From contig JAUGWO010000044.1 of assembly GCA_049724395.1 (NCBI GenBank), forward strand, positions 1-50,978: a stretch of 50,978 nucleotides of DNA. The letters run 5' to 3'. The position numbers were made by a program, and so were the translations under genes. Below the pieces are notes generated by a model. The model was given only the letters and a program-made list of their open reading frames with translations, was not told the origin of the DNA and made no database searches. Position 1 is the first letter of the stretch, and each line of letters starts with the position of its first letter. This document shows, one piece after another, positions 14,902 to 29,800 of the stretch. The stretch is from Spongospora subterranea f. sp. subterranea. Lineage: Eukaryota.

Positions 14902-15004
14902 GTTAATTAGAACTCGTCACCGAACAAAATGACGACGAAGGGCACCTCACTGAGATCATAATCAACATACGGAAAACTGCGCGACGCTGCCGACTAACGC
15001 AAAA

Positions 15005-15161
15005 TTTGAATGTGTAAGAAACTGCGAAGGTGTGTTCATTGTTCAGGAACACAATGGCGCAACAACTGCGAATGTGTAAGAAATTGCGAAGGAACACGAT
15101 GGCGCAACACGCGCAGTACATGCGAAGGTGTGTCATGTTCAGGAACACCATGGCCCAACAC
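15005..15161. repeat. Degenerate minisatellite, about three 40-60 bp units
   Basis: Recurrent TGCGAAGG, GAATGTGTAAGAAA and AGGAACAC(A/G/C)ATGGC(G/C)CAACA blocks. Confidence 0.7.
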
Positions 15162-15236
15162 GACAATATTGGTTTTGGGTTTTTATCGAATATAAAGAAG
15201 TTACTTTGACGAATCGTGATTAAGGAAAACTCGCCA

Positions 15237-18200
15237 TTAATTTTTTTGGACCATATTACTACTGGCGGAGGAGTGTAGATGAACAGTGGCTGATTTGTTG
15301 CTGGGGATATTCTGTCGAATCATGTGCGACTGATCCAACCGACGAGGAGAGAATAACTGCTGGTACTCAATGCCAATCCAGCACCAGTCAAGATGGCCGT
15401 CGTTCAAGGGCGAGAGCGTCTACTTGGCAGTGAAATTGACGCAATGTGGGGCATTTGTTAGAGTATACCCGGGGTGGGAACCAAACCATGAAACTCATTG
15501 AACACACAGCTGCAGAATATTCGTTAACCAAACAAAACCTTAGCGGAATTGATCGATTCAATGAAGCCGAGGAGGTGTTGAGCGTGAAGACAGGTGACCT
15601 TTGTAGTCGCTTGTTGCTGGAGACAAGCGCGTCTGGGGAGAACCTACCGGTAAGGCAGAAGCCGCCCGCGGACGAAGATCTTCTGTATTTTGACGACAAA
15701 TCAACTCCACGATGACGCTTGGCTCCACAGAGTCGATGGGTTTCGCGGCTCTCGTCCACCTAATGTATGCACTAAACGCAAACGCCACCGCTGCGTCAAT
15801 TTCACTGAAAGACGACCATCTGGGGCGATCTGAACCCCATAACCTGTTGGGTTGGCAATAGCGACAATATCAAAATGGGCTGTACATTGATTGAATCGCC
15901 ATTGTCCAACTGAGAACCCCCATCAATGAATCTGCACTGTTCATCTCCAACGTGGAGTTCAAATTTCGGAACAATATACTCCTTCCGTTCCAAAATAACC
16001 GTCTCATAGCGAAGGTTAACAGCTGTATGATATATGTGGTCGATATCCCTGTATGAGGATAAGCACTAGACCGCAGATAGACCGCTTTACTGTGGAAGGA
16101 GGATCAACTTCAATTGATGTTTACTGTAGCTGTTTGAATTTTTATGCCAAACCGCTGTCTTTTCTTTCGAGAACAATGGTCTGAGCCTCATTCAACAAAT
16201 TCGAACCACACAACAGCGATACGGGTTTCTGGTCCGAATTTTTCACTTTCCCTCTGCATATAAGGATTGTGCATCCATCTGCAGTGCACGAGCTCTGTAA
16301 TGTGATGAAAATGAGGTTTAGGCTGTGCGCTTCGTGTTCTTCAAACGACGCTTAGACCGCCGACACCTCTTAGATTTCGGACTGCTTCATGCCCATGCAA
16401 TCACTGCGGTACAGTAAAACACCAGACAGATTGGTGTAGGCGATCGGTGGTATCATCTGAACCACTCGACCTCGCAATCTCAATATTTCCACATCTCACA
16501 GAGCGTTTCACGCTGGGGCACGAGAAGAATGCTTCCCCGTGCCAATCCTCGCCTTCCGCAGCCATGTTGTTTTGCCCAATATATATATGTGGTGTATTGT
16601 CTATTTCGGCGGTTTATCCTGTGGCCGTCACGATATACCTTGGAATACACCCCTCGCTGATAATCATCATTCATGGTTTGTTCCGGCACTTCACCAACAT
16701 GAACGGCTACATTAGAGCACAGCAATGCGCGCTCCTTGCAGAATGCTCTTCCGGGCCAGTATGGCGACAAGTGCATCGCGCCAAACGCGCCTCCAACGAT
16801 GCAACCTCTGCCTCCAACTGAGAACAGTGAAATATTTCAGCGCCATATTGCGTTTGCGGTAAATTGTGCGAATCTGAAGAAAAAACACAAACGTGTGTTT
16901 TGTGTCTGGACCAACTTGAGCGATGCGCAACATCTTTGGGTCTGAGAATATCTTGGGCTTGTTCTGAATGAGCTTGGCACGTGAGGCGAACTTCAGTGTT
17001 GACAGGGACTCTGCTGCGCAAGATCTGGCGAATGACAACCACAAGCGCGAATTGGATTCAGAAACAGACGTGTTTTCCTGTTTTCAGAAAGCACTTACGC
17101 CGTGGGGCTGATGCAGGCAATCAGCAACGTTCTCGCGTTCCCGCCTAAACTACGGAGGGAAAACCTGGGTTAGGTCCAGTTTCACCCCGAACTTCCAGGA
17201 ATACGGTACCTGCTTTGTAATAGGCGAGTTAGCGACGAGTTTCGAAATGGGACGTGAGCATTGCCCTCCACTAGACTCTGGCGAAACCGCGACGTTAAAC
17301 CTGAGTTCCAAGGAAGCGATTGAGTTGATTCTGACCTTTATCACCAGTCCTAACGCGCTCAACGATGCGTTGATTTTTGCACCCTCCTTCAATCGATCGC
17401 CAACCGCCAACGTTGCTGAACGGATCAGAACGACCATGGGACACGACAAGAACAAGCAGAGCGGAGCAGACCAACCTGTCTGTCTCTCTGATCCAGCCAA
17501 GTCGACGATATTCAATTCTGATCGCCTGGCTCCTAACCCATTTACATCGGAACTGAATAAACACGAAAAAATGCAGTAAGAACGAGGCATTTTGACTGAA
17601 AACTCGTTTCGCGAAAGTTTGCGAAACTTGAACGAAAGAACGGTACAGAGGGAACAATCCAATATTATCGTCATGGCAGAAACCAATACATCATTTACTT
17701 TAAGCGTTGATAGACGGTGATCGTGAAAACAGAATGCGATCGCGAACTTTGGTCGTTCATTTGCGTGGAACCGACATGGCGACGCTCGTTTCCTTCCTCA
17801 AGGACAGCGATAATGTCATCAGCACCTTCCACCTCTCGGCGCATCAGGCCGCTGACGAACACTCCTTTGACTGGGTCTTCACGAATTTTCAGTTTCGCCT
17901 GAAAAACAGATTACTACAGAATACCAGCTGGCACTACAGGCACGCCGGCAAACGTCGACCAACGAACATCAGGCGAAATTGAACAAACACATCAACGTTG
18001 CAATACCTGTTTGGTTTTTTTAGCGTTGGATGCGTCCAGCAAGTCAATTAGCTGCTCCTGGTAGATTTCCAGGTAACTCGCGACTATATCGATGTCATGG
18101 TCGGCCATGGCCTTCGATTTCAGCCATGAATCAACGTGGGCCGCCACGCGATAAGCAATGCCTGCATCCGTATTCCGATCGGTTCCCATCACCGTGTAAG

Positions 18201-18914
18201 TTTTCCCTGAACTGCCGGTCAGGCGTCGCACGGTAGGGACAAAACCCCTGATCAGTACCAGAACCAGTCTGTCCATACACCAAAATGCTAGTGTTGTAGC
18301 CGGCGAAGAATTGGTCAACAATAGATCTACACGTCCCCTCGTACAATTGTTCCTACCACGTCGATACGGTGAATATCAACAGGAGTGGGCGAGTTCAACA
18401 CAAAATCATGCACATTGGTATTCTCCATTCACGCTGCGGCTTGAGATCAATACCTGTTTGGTTGTGACATCCAGAACGGAATCGAACGTGAAAGTTGACG
18501 ATTTCCCATTCCCGGAGGTTGAGTCCGATGGTTCACCGGAAATGGGCGATGCTGGCGCCGACCCAGACAAGATGACTTCATTGCCGCCTTTGACGATAAC
18601 ACACTGAGAGGAGCCCTATCGATCGTGCCAGTTTCACAGTTAGGGCATCACCAATAGAATTGACAGTTTTCAGAACCGATGACGCGTGTCATGAGAAATG
18701 GCTCCAAAACGTCTTCACCATGAGAAGTCGGTGGATTTGTATAACTTACTTTGTCATTAGGCCTAGACGAGATCGGCCTAACGCGAACACAGACGTGAAT
18801 GCATTCTCCCCGTGATCCTGGCGATAATTGACCGGGGGATGTTGCAAGGGCGTCTCCAGAGCTGGTCACTTCCGCCTCATCGGCAGTGACGTGTATTCTC
18901 GCTGAAGATTGCAT
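15237..18914 (-). CDS. N-terminal-motor kinesin (kinesin-2/3-like neck), multi-exon
   Basis: IHVCVRVRP, GYNTSILVYGQTGSGKTY, ASYLEIYQE, MNDQSSRSHSVF, IVDLAGSE, EGAKINASLSALG, HVPFRNSSLTRLLQ, STLKFASRAKLIQNKPKI..DPK. The tail exons and stop at 15237 are less certain than the motor domain (about 16940-18810). Confidence 0.85.
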
Positions 18915-20179
18915 GAGCCAAAGCGGCGAGTAGTTCGGTTAACGATATCGCCTGTGTTGTTGATGTTGGCGAATGGACCGTACCGCGATCAGGTACCGCC
19001 CATTCTTCGACACAGAAGAACGACCCAGGTGTTTCGTCGGTGTTCAACACCAATACAACCCGCGGTTTTCACATCATGACGAGGACTGAACCCAACACAA
19101 TGCCACGCTTGTTGATCTCGTTCCCTCCACAGTCTATCGGTGGCAGTCGACGGCAGTTCAATAAACCGACCAGCGAACTCTGCAGGGACCACACCTTCGG
19201 TGAACATGTGGGAACCGCAATCACATGATATTGCGTCATAGCTGAAAATGAAACCTCTCGTTCGAATATTTTGCGACGTTTCACACGTATGATCGCATGC
19301 CGTTGAATGATGTTGCGTGCTGATGAACATAGTGTGTCATCAGTTATCTGACCAAAGGCGGTTCAACGCTCAACTCAATTGAGGGTGACTGGGAACTCCC
19401 CGACGTTTGTCAAGGTGATCTTTTGTGATGACGATATTACTTTAGCATGATGTCATGGTCTTCAGGCAAACAGTTGAAAAAAGCGATCAATCCTCCTGCA
19501 GAATGAAAATCTCAATATAAACACTAAAAAAGGGCGGAAATCATTATCGAAACTCTCCAAAATTCCCAAAATCCGGTCTTACGTTTCCGTACACAGTGGG
19601 AGTAATCGTAACGTTGCATGAGTTGTTCAGTGGCCAAGTTACCACTGGGGCCAGGCCCAAGACTCACTCACCACAGTCACAGCTCCATCTACCGAAGGGT
19701 GTAGCGCAGTTCGCACCCAAGTGACTGGTACGGTCGGCAGAAATAACCGCCTTCACCTTCGCTCGCTTGATTCATCCCATTTCATTATTGTCTTCCATTC
19801 GCATAGCTGTCCAGCGCTGGTGACATTGCAATCTGCGCGTTCTTCTGCATAGTAGGTTCTGTCCAGGCAATGTCCATGACAATGTTTTTTACGACAGAGT
19901 GGCGTGGGATACATGTGCTGTTCAGTTTTTGGAAGATTACAAGTCTTCCAGGTGTTTAATCTGGCCCATCGGTCCGTTACTATGGTTAAAGCTTATTTCC
20001 ATAGGCTACATCATATCCTTACTTTTGATCACAACTGCCGCTTTTGTTTTCTCCAGTTTCAATCACTTCTCAGATCGTTTTGATAAATATATAATATCCG
20101 AGTTGATGTATGATAGCACGTCGTCTGTAAGGTCAGTACTTTGAGATGACAATTCAGTGAGTCAATTAAGCGGATGTGA

Positions 20180-20520
20180 AGCAATCCATTGACGAGCTCC
20201 AAAAGACACCGATTTTCCCACAAACAGCAAGCATGTCGTTCCGCGCTAGAACTGGTTCGCCAGTGTTTGGGGTTCACAATCATGTTGGCGATCATGACAT
20301 GTTCGTTGGACACCCTATATCGTCGACTTGTATTTCATGTTGTTTACGTAGACGATGTCGGGATTTTCTGTGCTGTTGTATCAGGCTCCGTGATTGGTCA
20401 TTTCAGTTTTGAACGGTCAGCCACTCGGCTACGTACCAAGGAATCCTGGTTGTATGTGTGCATAAAGGTCAAGAAATGCCAATTTTGTTGGGGAATATAT
20501 ACTATTATATTCCTTGAAAA
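20180..20520 (+). mobile_element. Ty3/Gypsy reverse-transcriptase relic
   Basis: Broken frames give KTPIF..SPVFGVHN (cf. KTAF..MPFGLxN), FHVVYVDDVGIFC (YxDD), ..H..RLR..LYVCIKVKKCQF in canonical order. Confidence 0.55.
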
Positions 20521-21994
20521 CTACTGTTTACAATAAAGAAGAGATTCGACATAAAAGGCCCTACGCAGAGTACCGTACACGTTCAGGAAACTGAGAGACC
20601 AAACTAGGAGGCGCTCTACCAGGTATGTCTCTGTAGAAATCTCAAAAATATAAGCTGTAAGAGCGCGTGTTCTGTACGAACCTGAAAGCCAACTGGTGCA
20701 ACCTAGAGATACACAATGCATGATACAGCCACTTCACTAGAAAAAGACATCTGATCATCATCCTTAGAAACATGAAGTGCTCGATATTAATACTGTACCT
20801 TCATTGACTATATCAGCGTCTGCGACTCATGAACGGACGTTTAAAAACTTTCTTGCTGTGGTGAAATAACGTAGAGAATGACCAACAACACATTTTGATT
20901 ATGATCAATACAGAGATAGGTTTAACTGTGCGAGGGGAATTCGAGTCATCAATGCTCCAAGGAAGTTGATGTCACGCGGCCATTTAAGAATTGTTATGTA
21001 TAGCCATTGCAACGATTGCCGTTGTCAACAATGTCTCCACTAAACCTTCGCCCTGTAATTACTTGGCAACACCGTTTACGTTGAAATGACAGCGTGAATG
21101 GAAGGAAAATTAGGGTCAATAATGGAAACTGTAGGACGACAGTCACTGATTGATGATCTATTCCCATCATTGCCACAAATTGGAACGTTACTGGCCAAAA
21201 AACTCATCGCCCATAACCAAGCCAAGCGGGGCACAAGTATGCTGCGAGAATGAACTCATGACCATCGGCTTCGACACGCCTCGATCGCCCCGCAAACGGG
21301 CCCCTTCAAGACCTCGCTGAACAACACAAAAGCGACCACGCTGAACTACGGCCGAAGTCGGCGCCGGACGGTGGCGACAGCTGCGACATTTTCCGCTGAT
21401 GGAAATGACTGTCTCGCGGGCGAGAGCGCGTGTTTCCGAGGACCGGGCCGGGTTAAGATGGCCTTGGTCGGGGGGGGGAAGAGCTTTTATATAAGCGTCA
21501 GAGATATTCGAATTTGAAGACAAAGCTAATATGTTCTTAATTTTACGAAAGTAGTTGTGATTCGAAATTGAACATGCGTTGTCCATGGGTGTGCGTTCAA
21601 ACGTCGGACAGTTTCTTGTATGTTTGTGAGCATGGGCGCATTGGATTGCAGCGTTCGTGCCCATTGCGTTGCGGTTAGCTTTACGAAAGATGTCGTCGCC
21701 ATTTCGCAACGGTGAGTTGCACAGCCCGCCAAAGAGACGCAAGGTCCCATAGAACCCACCTTGGAACGAGGCAGAGTGCCTTCCGGTTGGGCAATGGGCA
21801 ATAAAAGTCACTGCCGGGACAGGTTTGACCCGGGTGGCGGTCAACAAGATTGATGTTTACAATTTATACAGTCGGAAGTGCACTGTAGATCTGAAGGGTT
21901 CAGCTGCGCAATGGCGCAATTTTGCCGTCTGAGACTGGAAAGTGTGACAAAGGTGCGGGTTACAACATTGATTGATTAATATTGGGACTCTGAA

Positions 21995-23708
21995 ATGCGC
22001 GGTATTAACGGCAAACGAGAGGCGAAGGTTCAGTTTGATAATGACGCCGGTTTACAAAGCGATGACGATGATGGCGAGAACGAGGATATCGGGCGAAACG
22101 GCCGGTTTAGGGCGATTGAGCAAGATGACAGCGGGTCGGAAGACGAGATTGAGGAGACTGCCAAGGCTAAGAAACGAGCGCAATTCGAAAGGTGCGCGTT
22201 TCAACACGATTTATGTTTTGAGGATGGGCGTCGTTCCTGACAGCGATTCTTAGGGGTGTTGGTAATGTTCCTGTCGAAGGAGAGGAGGATTCCACGCCAG
22301 CTCCTGATGGATTTGAGCCATTCAACATGAAAGAGTAGAGTTTGCTTATATGTGTTTTTTGCGTTTGTTGAAACCACAGGATAAATTCCCTCGTTGATGA
22401 GCAATTTGTCGGCACTGTTTAAGTCTTTGTTGGGTTCATTTTATCGAACAATCGTTGCCCGGTGATTATAATCCGTCGTCGTGTTTGGGTCTTTTATTTC
22501 AGAGGTTGTTAGTTGATTTTGTGGATTTTGACGTGTTACTGTCTACGTTATATATATTGCATTTTAAAAGAGCATGTTTGTATAGTGAGCGAGCCCGTGG
22601 CTGGTTTGATGGTGCTGGTAATTTCAATGTTGAATCAGAAGATGTACGTGAAGCTTGGCTGAAAGACTTTGAAGAAAAGCAAACTGAGGATACTGATTCT
22701 TGTGTACCGGACTCAACGGTCGGTCCTGTTTTTAGTTGATTGTCTCTCATCGTACATTAAGATCTTTAAGGCTGTCTTGTAGGTGGACCTGACGAGGAAA
22801 GGTGTAAAGCGCTATCGCCAAAATGTACGCATTCAGATTTTTTCCTTTTTTATATTTGTTCTCTCAAACTGTTGATTTATTGGGTGATATCAACAGTTTT
22901 ACGAACCATGTTTCGATTGTGCTCTTCTGCAATCTGCTCGCTTATGGAATTTCTGTACTTCCTCTCTTTTTTTGAGTTTTCAGTTTTCTGACGGGAGTGA
23001 TGCAGGTTGTGGCAGCCGATGAAGAAAATGATGATGTCATCGATCCTGTTCATGAACGACAAGTTCTTTTGCGGCATATGATTCAAAATGAAAATGTTCT
23101 TGGTGCCCTGAAACGGCTTGGAAAGGTTTGTTCCTCAAAATTTTCAATTGTTAAACTTTACTACTTCATTTTTCAGCAAAATCCCTGGGTCGGAATGATT
23201 TTCCTGCCTTTTTTTTAAATCCATCAATTATGTTCTCATTATTATCAGAGCGACGATCCTTGTGTGAAGAGTACATTTGAAGCGGTTACAGATGCTGCAG
23301 ACCGTCTATTGCAATATGGCCATTTCGACGTTTATCACGACACGATCGTGTCGATTGAACGGGATCTGCGCGGTCAAGCGGTGTCCTCAAATGCTGTGAG
23401 TAAACTCCTTTCACCTTCTGTGCGAAAAACGGCAATTCCCTGTACTGTTTTTTTTTAATTTTCCTGTCGTCTAGGGTGCAATCCAATCCAACGTGCCGCC
23501 AGATAACCTATGGGAACTTTGCTGGTCCAATACTCCATCATCTAGCGAGCCGATTCATGGTCCGTATTCTAGTGCCGAAATGGATGCTTGGCTACTGGAG
23601 GGCTACTTCAATGTTCCGTCATCTCCAACGTGCTTTGTACGAGTCAAAGGAGCTTCAGATCCAGAGTGGATAAATGCAGCGGAGATCAGGTCGTTTTCCA
23701 ATTTTTAA
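21995..23708 (+). CDS. CD2BP2: U5 snRNP 52K / CD2BP2 / LIN1 GYF-domain protein
   Basis: Acidic N-terminus, FEPFNMKE..GWFDGAGNF..EAWL, ENVLGALKRLG, VTDAADRLLQYGHFDVY, GYF domain WELCW..IHGPYSSAEMDAWLLEGYF. Confidence 0.88.
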
Positions 23709-23874
23709 TATAATCATTATCGTGCGAAAGCTATATTATTTTATCGCTGTGGCCAACAATCAGAGAGAGATTAGAACTTCACCATGTCAAACTATTTTTT
23801 AACATCTGATGGAATTTCTCAAAAATATATGTCTGTTTATTGCATTGCTGATATTTTTTTGAAAATTAATGTCT

Positions 23875-26800
23875 TTAAACATGCCCAATGTTGTCAAACT
23901 GTTCTTTGAACTGTGTGGCCAACAGCGAGAGACCTCGAGCCAAAAGCGACTTATCGAGCGAGGAGCACACCACACTGGCAATTCTCTCCAACGTGAGACT
24001 CCATTGTAACAACAGAGACCAGAGAGCAAAATCAGAAATCCCTTTAAAAAAAACACCGTTAATAATTTCATGGAGATTTACATATAGTACAAAAAAAATC
24101 GGGAATCCGAACTGTAGCACAAAGAGGCCACTGACCAAAATCTGGCAACTGATGAAGCAACTAAAGACGAAAATAAAGAACTAAAAAGCTAGAGCGGTAA
24201 GGTTGACTGTATGCACGCTAAGCTGGCTAACCAGTGAGCCGTTTGATATTCTCATAAGAGTAATCATTGCCGAAGAACATGGATGCGTAGTTATACGATG
24301 GCCGGTCCAGGTACTTCATTTCCGCAATGGCTATTCCAACGAAGCACAAAATTAGTACACTAACATGAAGGAAGGAAAGAGAGTGGTCACTGAAGCACCT
24401 TGCAAATAGATCTGAAGATCCGGGCGTAAGTTGGCGCGAAGGTCGGAGACGGTATTAAGTGATCCGTCACCATGGCCATACAATGTGGTGAATGAGTTGC
24501 GAAGCGACGAGGCAGTTACAGGCAAGGAATCAATCTAAACATAACGTCACCAAGGAAAACCTTTTATATAACAAGGAAAATTTGTTTGATATAACATTTG
24601 AACTCTAATTAAAAAACAACCAATTTGGCAGAAAACCTGGAGTTGAATGTAAAAAACACATAATGGTGAATGACAACAAAACATAACACAGAAATGCGTT
24701 ATAAGTACCGAAACAGACGATGACCAGTGTGGACGGGAAAACCGTGAAAAGCTCAGTTGAGCTGAGGGTTTTGAATCGCCCACGAAATGTTTCAGATAGC
24801 GCAATGACAGCTGGCGGCTTTGCTGATTGAACCGCTTTACGCAATCTGCAAACTTGACAGGAGGCTCTGGAATGAGCAAGGCCTTGTCAACTGCGCGGAA
24901 CCGTGGAGCTTCCTGAGAAGGAGGAGGTCATGAGACCAGAGGATGGACGAGGCAAAGTACATTACACAAAAAAAACAGAATTCAACCAAAACCTCACCGA
25001 AAGCTATGAAACTGAAACCATAGGTATATAAATCGCATTACCCATTTAAGAAACACGTGAGACAAGGCCGCCAGAAGCGCGTGCGCTGCACCTGTTGCGC
25101 TGCCGGCTGCAGTGGCAATATCCGAGAGAACACCACTATAAAACAGGGTAAGCCAATATATCAATCACTGAATCTGAACTTGAACCTGTTAATGAGGTCA
25201 GCCAAGAGTAGGTCAGCAGGGTTCATAGACTGAAAATATTGAAGATCAGAAATGAACGAATGAAAAGGCGAGCATAATACAGAGAGAAGAGGCAGTAAAG
25301 GCGTGAGTCGCGACGCCACCAAAGACGAATTCTGGGGGGTTAGAAGCAAGTGTTCGGTTAGGAACTGCAGCGACATGAGGAACATATGCGAAATGCCTTC
25401 GCGAAGGTGGTTACCTGAGGAATCAAGAGTATAAGAGATGGATGAATAAAAAGCGGTTCTCTTCCCAGCGAAAAGAAAAAAGAAAAAATCATAAAGAACA
25501 ATGAATCGAAAGAACCGAATCCGATTAATCCAAGCAATATCAACAACAAAAAAAAGGGGAATAATAAAAATATGTAATTGGACCCACCAGATAAAGAACA
25601 CGAGAGCAATGTAGAGACACGGCGAGCACTAAGCCTGAGATCCTTCTCATATTGACAATTGGAAATAAGACATGCCAAACTGCCGGCAACACCCTAACAT
25701 CTGAAGTGAGAAACAGCAAAACAGTGCATGGACCAAATTACCGGATTGAGAACAACGTTCTGATGTTTGGCTGTTAACCCACAGCAAGATAGGTATGCAA
25801 TTCTATTTACAGACATGCCCAGGAAAACAATATCACCGACCTGATACCAATCGTTGAAAAACCATTAGATGTAATCTGATACTGAAAAATGCGGGAGAAA
25901 AGAGTAAAACGACAAAAAAAACACCAATATTTGATATGTGTCTAATTTGCACTTGTCACAACCAAGCAAAATAGACATACAACAATCAAACTCGAAGTGT
26001 CAAAGCAAAAAACGTTACATAATCGTATCCACGACGACCAGCACGACCGATCATTTGGCGAAACATTAGCGGATTGATGTGGTCACCGCTGTCGATAAAC
26101 CTGAGCGATTGGGTTCAGCGTGTATGCAGTGTTTGAGTCACGATCGGTACATGACAGTGCGGCAAGGCATGTTGATACCGACAGCTAACGTGGTGGTGGC
26201 CAAACACACGCGAAGCAAGCCCATTCGGAATAAGGCTTCCACAGCGTCACGGTAGTGCTTGTGGACCCCTGTATGATGCATACCGATGCCCAATTCTAAG
26301 CCACGAATTAAAATCTGTTTGTCGGGATCGCTGCGCCATTCTGCTCGACGTTGCAAACGAGCAATCTAATTTACACAACTGTTATCAACGAAGAAAGACC
26401 TGCACTACCAAGAAGCGATAACATCACAAGGATCAAATATAGCAAAGAGGCAGCACATTTCCGAAATATCAAAGATTGAAACTGACCCAAAAATCGGAGT
26501 CCTGATTGGATCGCTTCACTCCAGCAAAAGAGAAACGTCGATCGACAGGGGGCTTGGCAAAGAGGTTGGCTTCAAGAGCGTCAATTTGCTCCTACAGCCA
26601 TAACATAGAAATGGGCAAATTAACGGATGGATGGCACAATGACGAAATTCGAGGCGTTACCTGAAGTAATTCATCACCTTCTTTGCTTTTCTTCTTTTCC
26701 AGTTTCTCTTTCAACTTGATCAACTCTTTTCGCATTTTGTTTTGCTCAGAGTCGCTGAATTTTGGAGGAAGGGGCGGGGCTGGAAGGACGTCAGAAAAAT

Positions 26801-29800
26801 TTCAATACATCCCCATCGTCAATAAACAACGAAAAAAAAACTGAAAAAATACAATAGATCATGGAAAAGGAAAATAGGTCTACGAAACGCGGCAAAGGAC
26901 GACACACTTGAGCAAATACAACAAACGAACAGTGAAAATGCGTAGATTGCAACCGAAACAGTGACTCTAAGATATGAATTGACCAAAATTGGCAGTGATA
27001 AAAAATAAGAAATGGTATACCGACCTAAATCGGTGAGCCGCTGGACAACGCTTTCGACCAACTGAAAGCATAGTGCTCTATCGAGACAGAATGTGATACA
27101 TGGCAGTTTATCCTGACTGTCCAGATCCAGAAGGGCGTCGAAGAAATGTGACTCGACGTAGCTGATACGAGAATTCTATGTACTGATAATTAAGACGATG
27201 ATTGAAAACACAGATTAAACGCACTAGTAGTGAGAAATCGCCGTGCACATCTTGAATTTGATCAAACTTGGACGTAATGGGATGTAACAGCGCCTAAAAT
27301 AAGTGACTGGTGAGAGAAAAAAATACAGAAGTGTGCAACGGGAAATAAAAAAACAACAATTTTAGAAAGACGTCAATAAGATAGAAAGATAATGAAGTCA
27401 ACAATACCTCAGACACATTCAGTTGATTAGGTAACGACTGCAGTTTCTCTAGAAGCTTTCTCGCCCATTCACGTGCTCTACCTTGCGAGATGAATAAATC
27501 CGGGCGAAAAAACGACTCAGGACTGAAAACAAACCGATTAGGGTGAAAAAAGCATGTAAATGAGAAAACGGACCTGTAAAGCTTAGCGAACACGGCGCGT
27601 TCACTATCGGGAATCCTCGGCAATAAATGATCGAACAAAGTTAAAGCTTCGTTCGGGGATAGTTGAGCCTATACAATACGCAAATCAATGTGAGGTAGTT
27701 AACACATCGATGATGAAAATCGACACACTAGGTAAACAGGTAAATACAGCAGCGCAAAGTAAAATGATTAAACACCAAATAACAATGAAAAATCGGATGC
27801 GAAGTGTGACCTGTTCAGTAACACTGCCGTGAAGATTGATTAAAGATCTGCCAAAATCAGTGGACCACAGCCCAATCTATGGCGCATTGATTAAGCTAAG
27901 ACAGCAACGGCTTATTAGGATAGAAGTTACAGGATGCAAGTCGACCATGCGAGTAGGACTCAACAGCTTCTGGGAACCCAACGCCCACTCCAAATCGCCA
28001 GGAACGAAAGTCTCATTTTTCTAAAACGGCAGCCTTAGAAATTGCTCACAACCAGATTTTTGAAGCGACAAAAATAAATGCAACTGATTGTAGGGGAAGT
28101 CAATGTGAACCACGTCGTTGCAAGGGAAAGAAAGCAAGGTAAAATACAGTGATTCCCCCTCAACCTCTTGAGTTTACCTCTTTGCGAACAGCATTCGGTA
28201 GATACATTTGATATTTATGGTCGTTCCAGCGTTCGGTGTATTCAACGAAATGATATGGATGTCCCTTGGACTTCTGTAAAGCCGACATCCAATTCTGCAT
28301 TGCACTGAAGGAACGAACAAGGTCGGTAACAAATGTTCATGCTAAGAAGCAAGCCCAATACCTAATGTTGCCGATAGTGGCACTGAGACAGAGAACAGGA
28401 CATGGAATTAAGGTTAAACAGCGCTCCCAAATGCTTCCGACGGAAACGTCGATGATTGTGTGAACCTAAAAGTTCAAGAATAAACTCAAACAATCGTCAG
28501 AGGTAAAACGCATGGTATATGTTAACAAATGTGATTACTCGAGTATAGCAACAGCTACGATTAAGTGCAAATGCGATTCATTACCTCGTCAAAGATGGCC
28601 CACTGCAGTGAGTTGACCCAATGTTGGTCTTGGGCATCACATGATAATAGCTGCAGGCAGAAGAAACAGCTTAGTCTTGAATGACAATGCCGACAACTGA
28701 CTGAAGTGTAATACCCGTCGTTCTAAACAAGATGGGACCGTGACGAGAATTTCAGCACTATAACTGGTAATATCGTCCTGATCTTCGGCAAGAACAGCAA
28801 ATTTTTGCCCATACCGGCGATAGATATCGGCCACAATCTGGTTGACTAAAGCCTGATGGCGTAATCCACATATCAGTTAACATTTCGAAATTGTTTTCGA
28901 AAGGATAACCTTGGTTGGCATAACTAAGGAAAGGATACATACACAATGTTAGCGTTGAAGAAACGAATTACGAAAATGATTCAGAACAGAAAAGGAATCA
29001 CCATCGTGAAAACTATTAATACATTATCAAAATCATGATTACTCAACGCGACTGAAAGAAAAAAATGATTGACAAACAAAAGATTACCGAAAACGACGCG
29101 TCTGAAATTGCGTCCAGCATTGGTTTTATTGCTCGAAATCACTTTTTCCATACAGTCTACGCATACATAATTAAGTTGAATATACATTTGCACACATCGG
29201 ACAGATTGGTACAGTAAGAGAGACGAAAGTCTTTCCAGACGATGTCGGTGCGCACACAAGAAGTGATTGGTTGCCATCGACAGCATTGAGCATTTCCACC
29301 TGAGAGTTATCTCGTTAAAAACAAATTTGAACAAAAACAAATACGTTAGACTTTTGACCTGCCAGGAATCGGGAATGAAGCTGACGCGCTTGTCTATGGT
29401 CGACTGTGTATCACGAACCATTCGATGCCCCGCTGCGGCTAGCTGAAACCGTTCGGTGGAGGAAAATGTGCCGTCACCTAACACCATAAGAAAAAAGAGA
29501 CATTAAGCTAACGTGAGCGCACCTGCAGCGATCGGTAACGGCTTGATTTTATATTTCCTGGCAATCTTTTCGCTCAACGACCCAAGACCAATTTCGTTCA
29601 GATTTTGAAGAAGAATTGTAATCTGATTTGCATTACAGAAATGTCAGACTAACAGCGAACCAAAAATACGGCGTCTTGATACAACTACAATAACAAGTAC
29701 AAGTCCAGAGCTGAAATCAAAAGTGCACTCCAAAATTAAACACAAAGATGCATCGAAATACCTGATCAGGGGAGAGAACATTTCCGTACCTAAAAGAAAA

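Noticed and set aside
15005..15161. CRISPR-like array
   Set aside because: Irregular degenerate units, no unique spacers, no cas genes, eukaryotic context.
21188..21847. 219-aa minus-strand ORF
   Set aside because: Non-ATG start, no motifs, overlaps the CD2BP2 upstream region.
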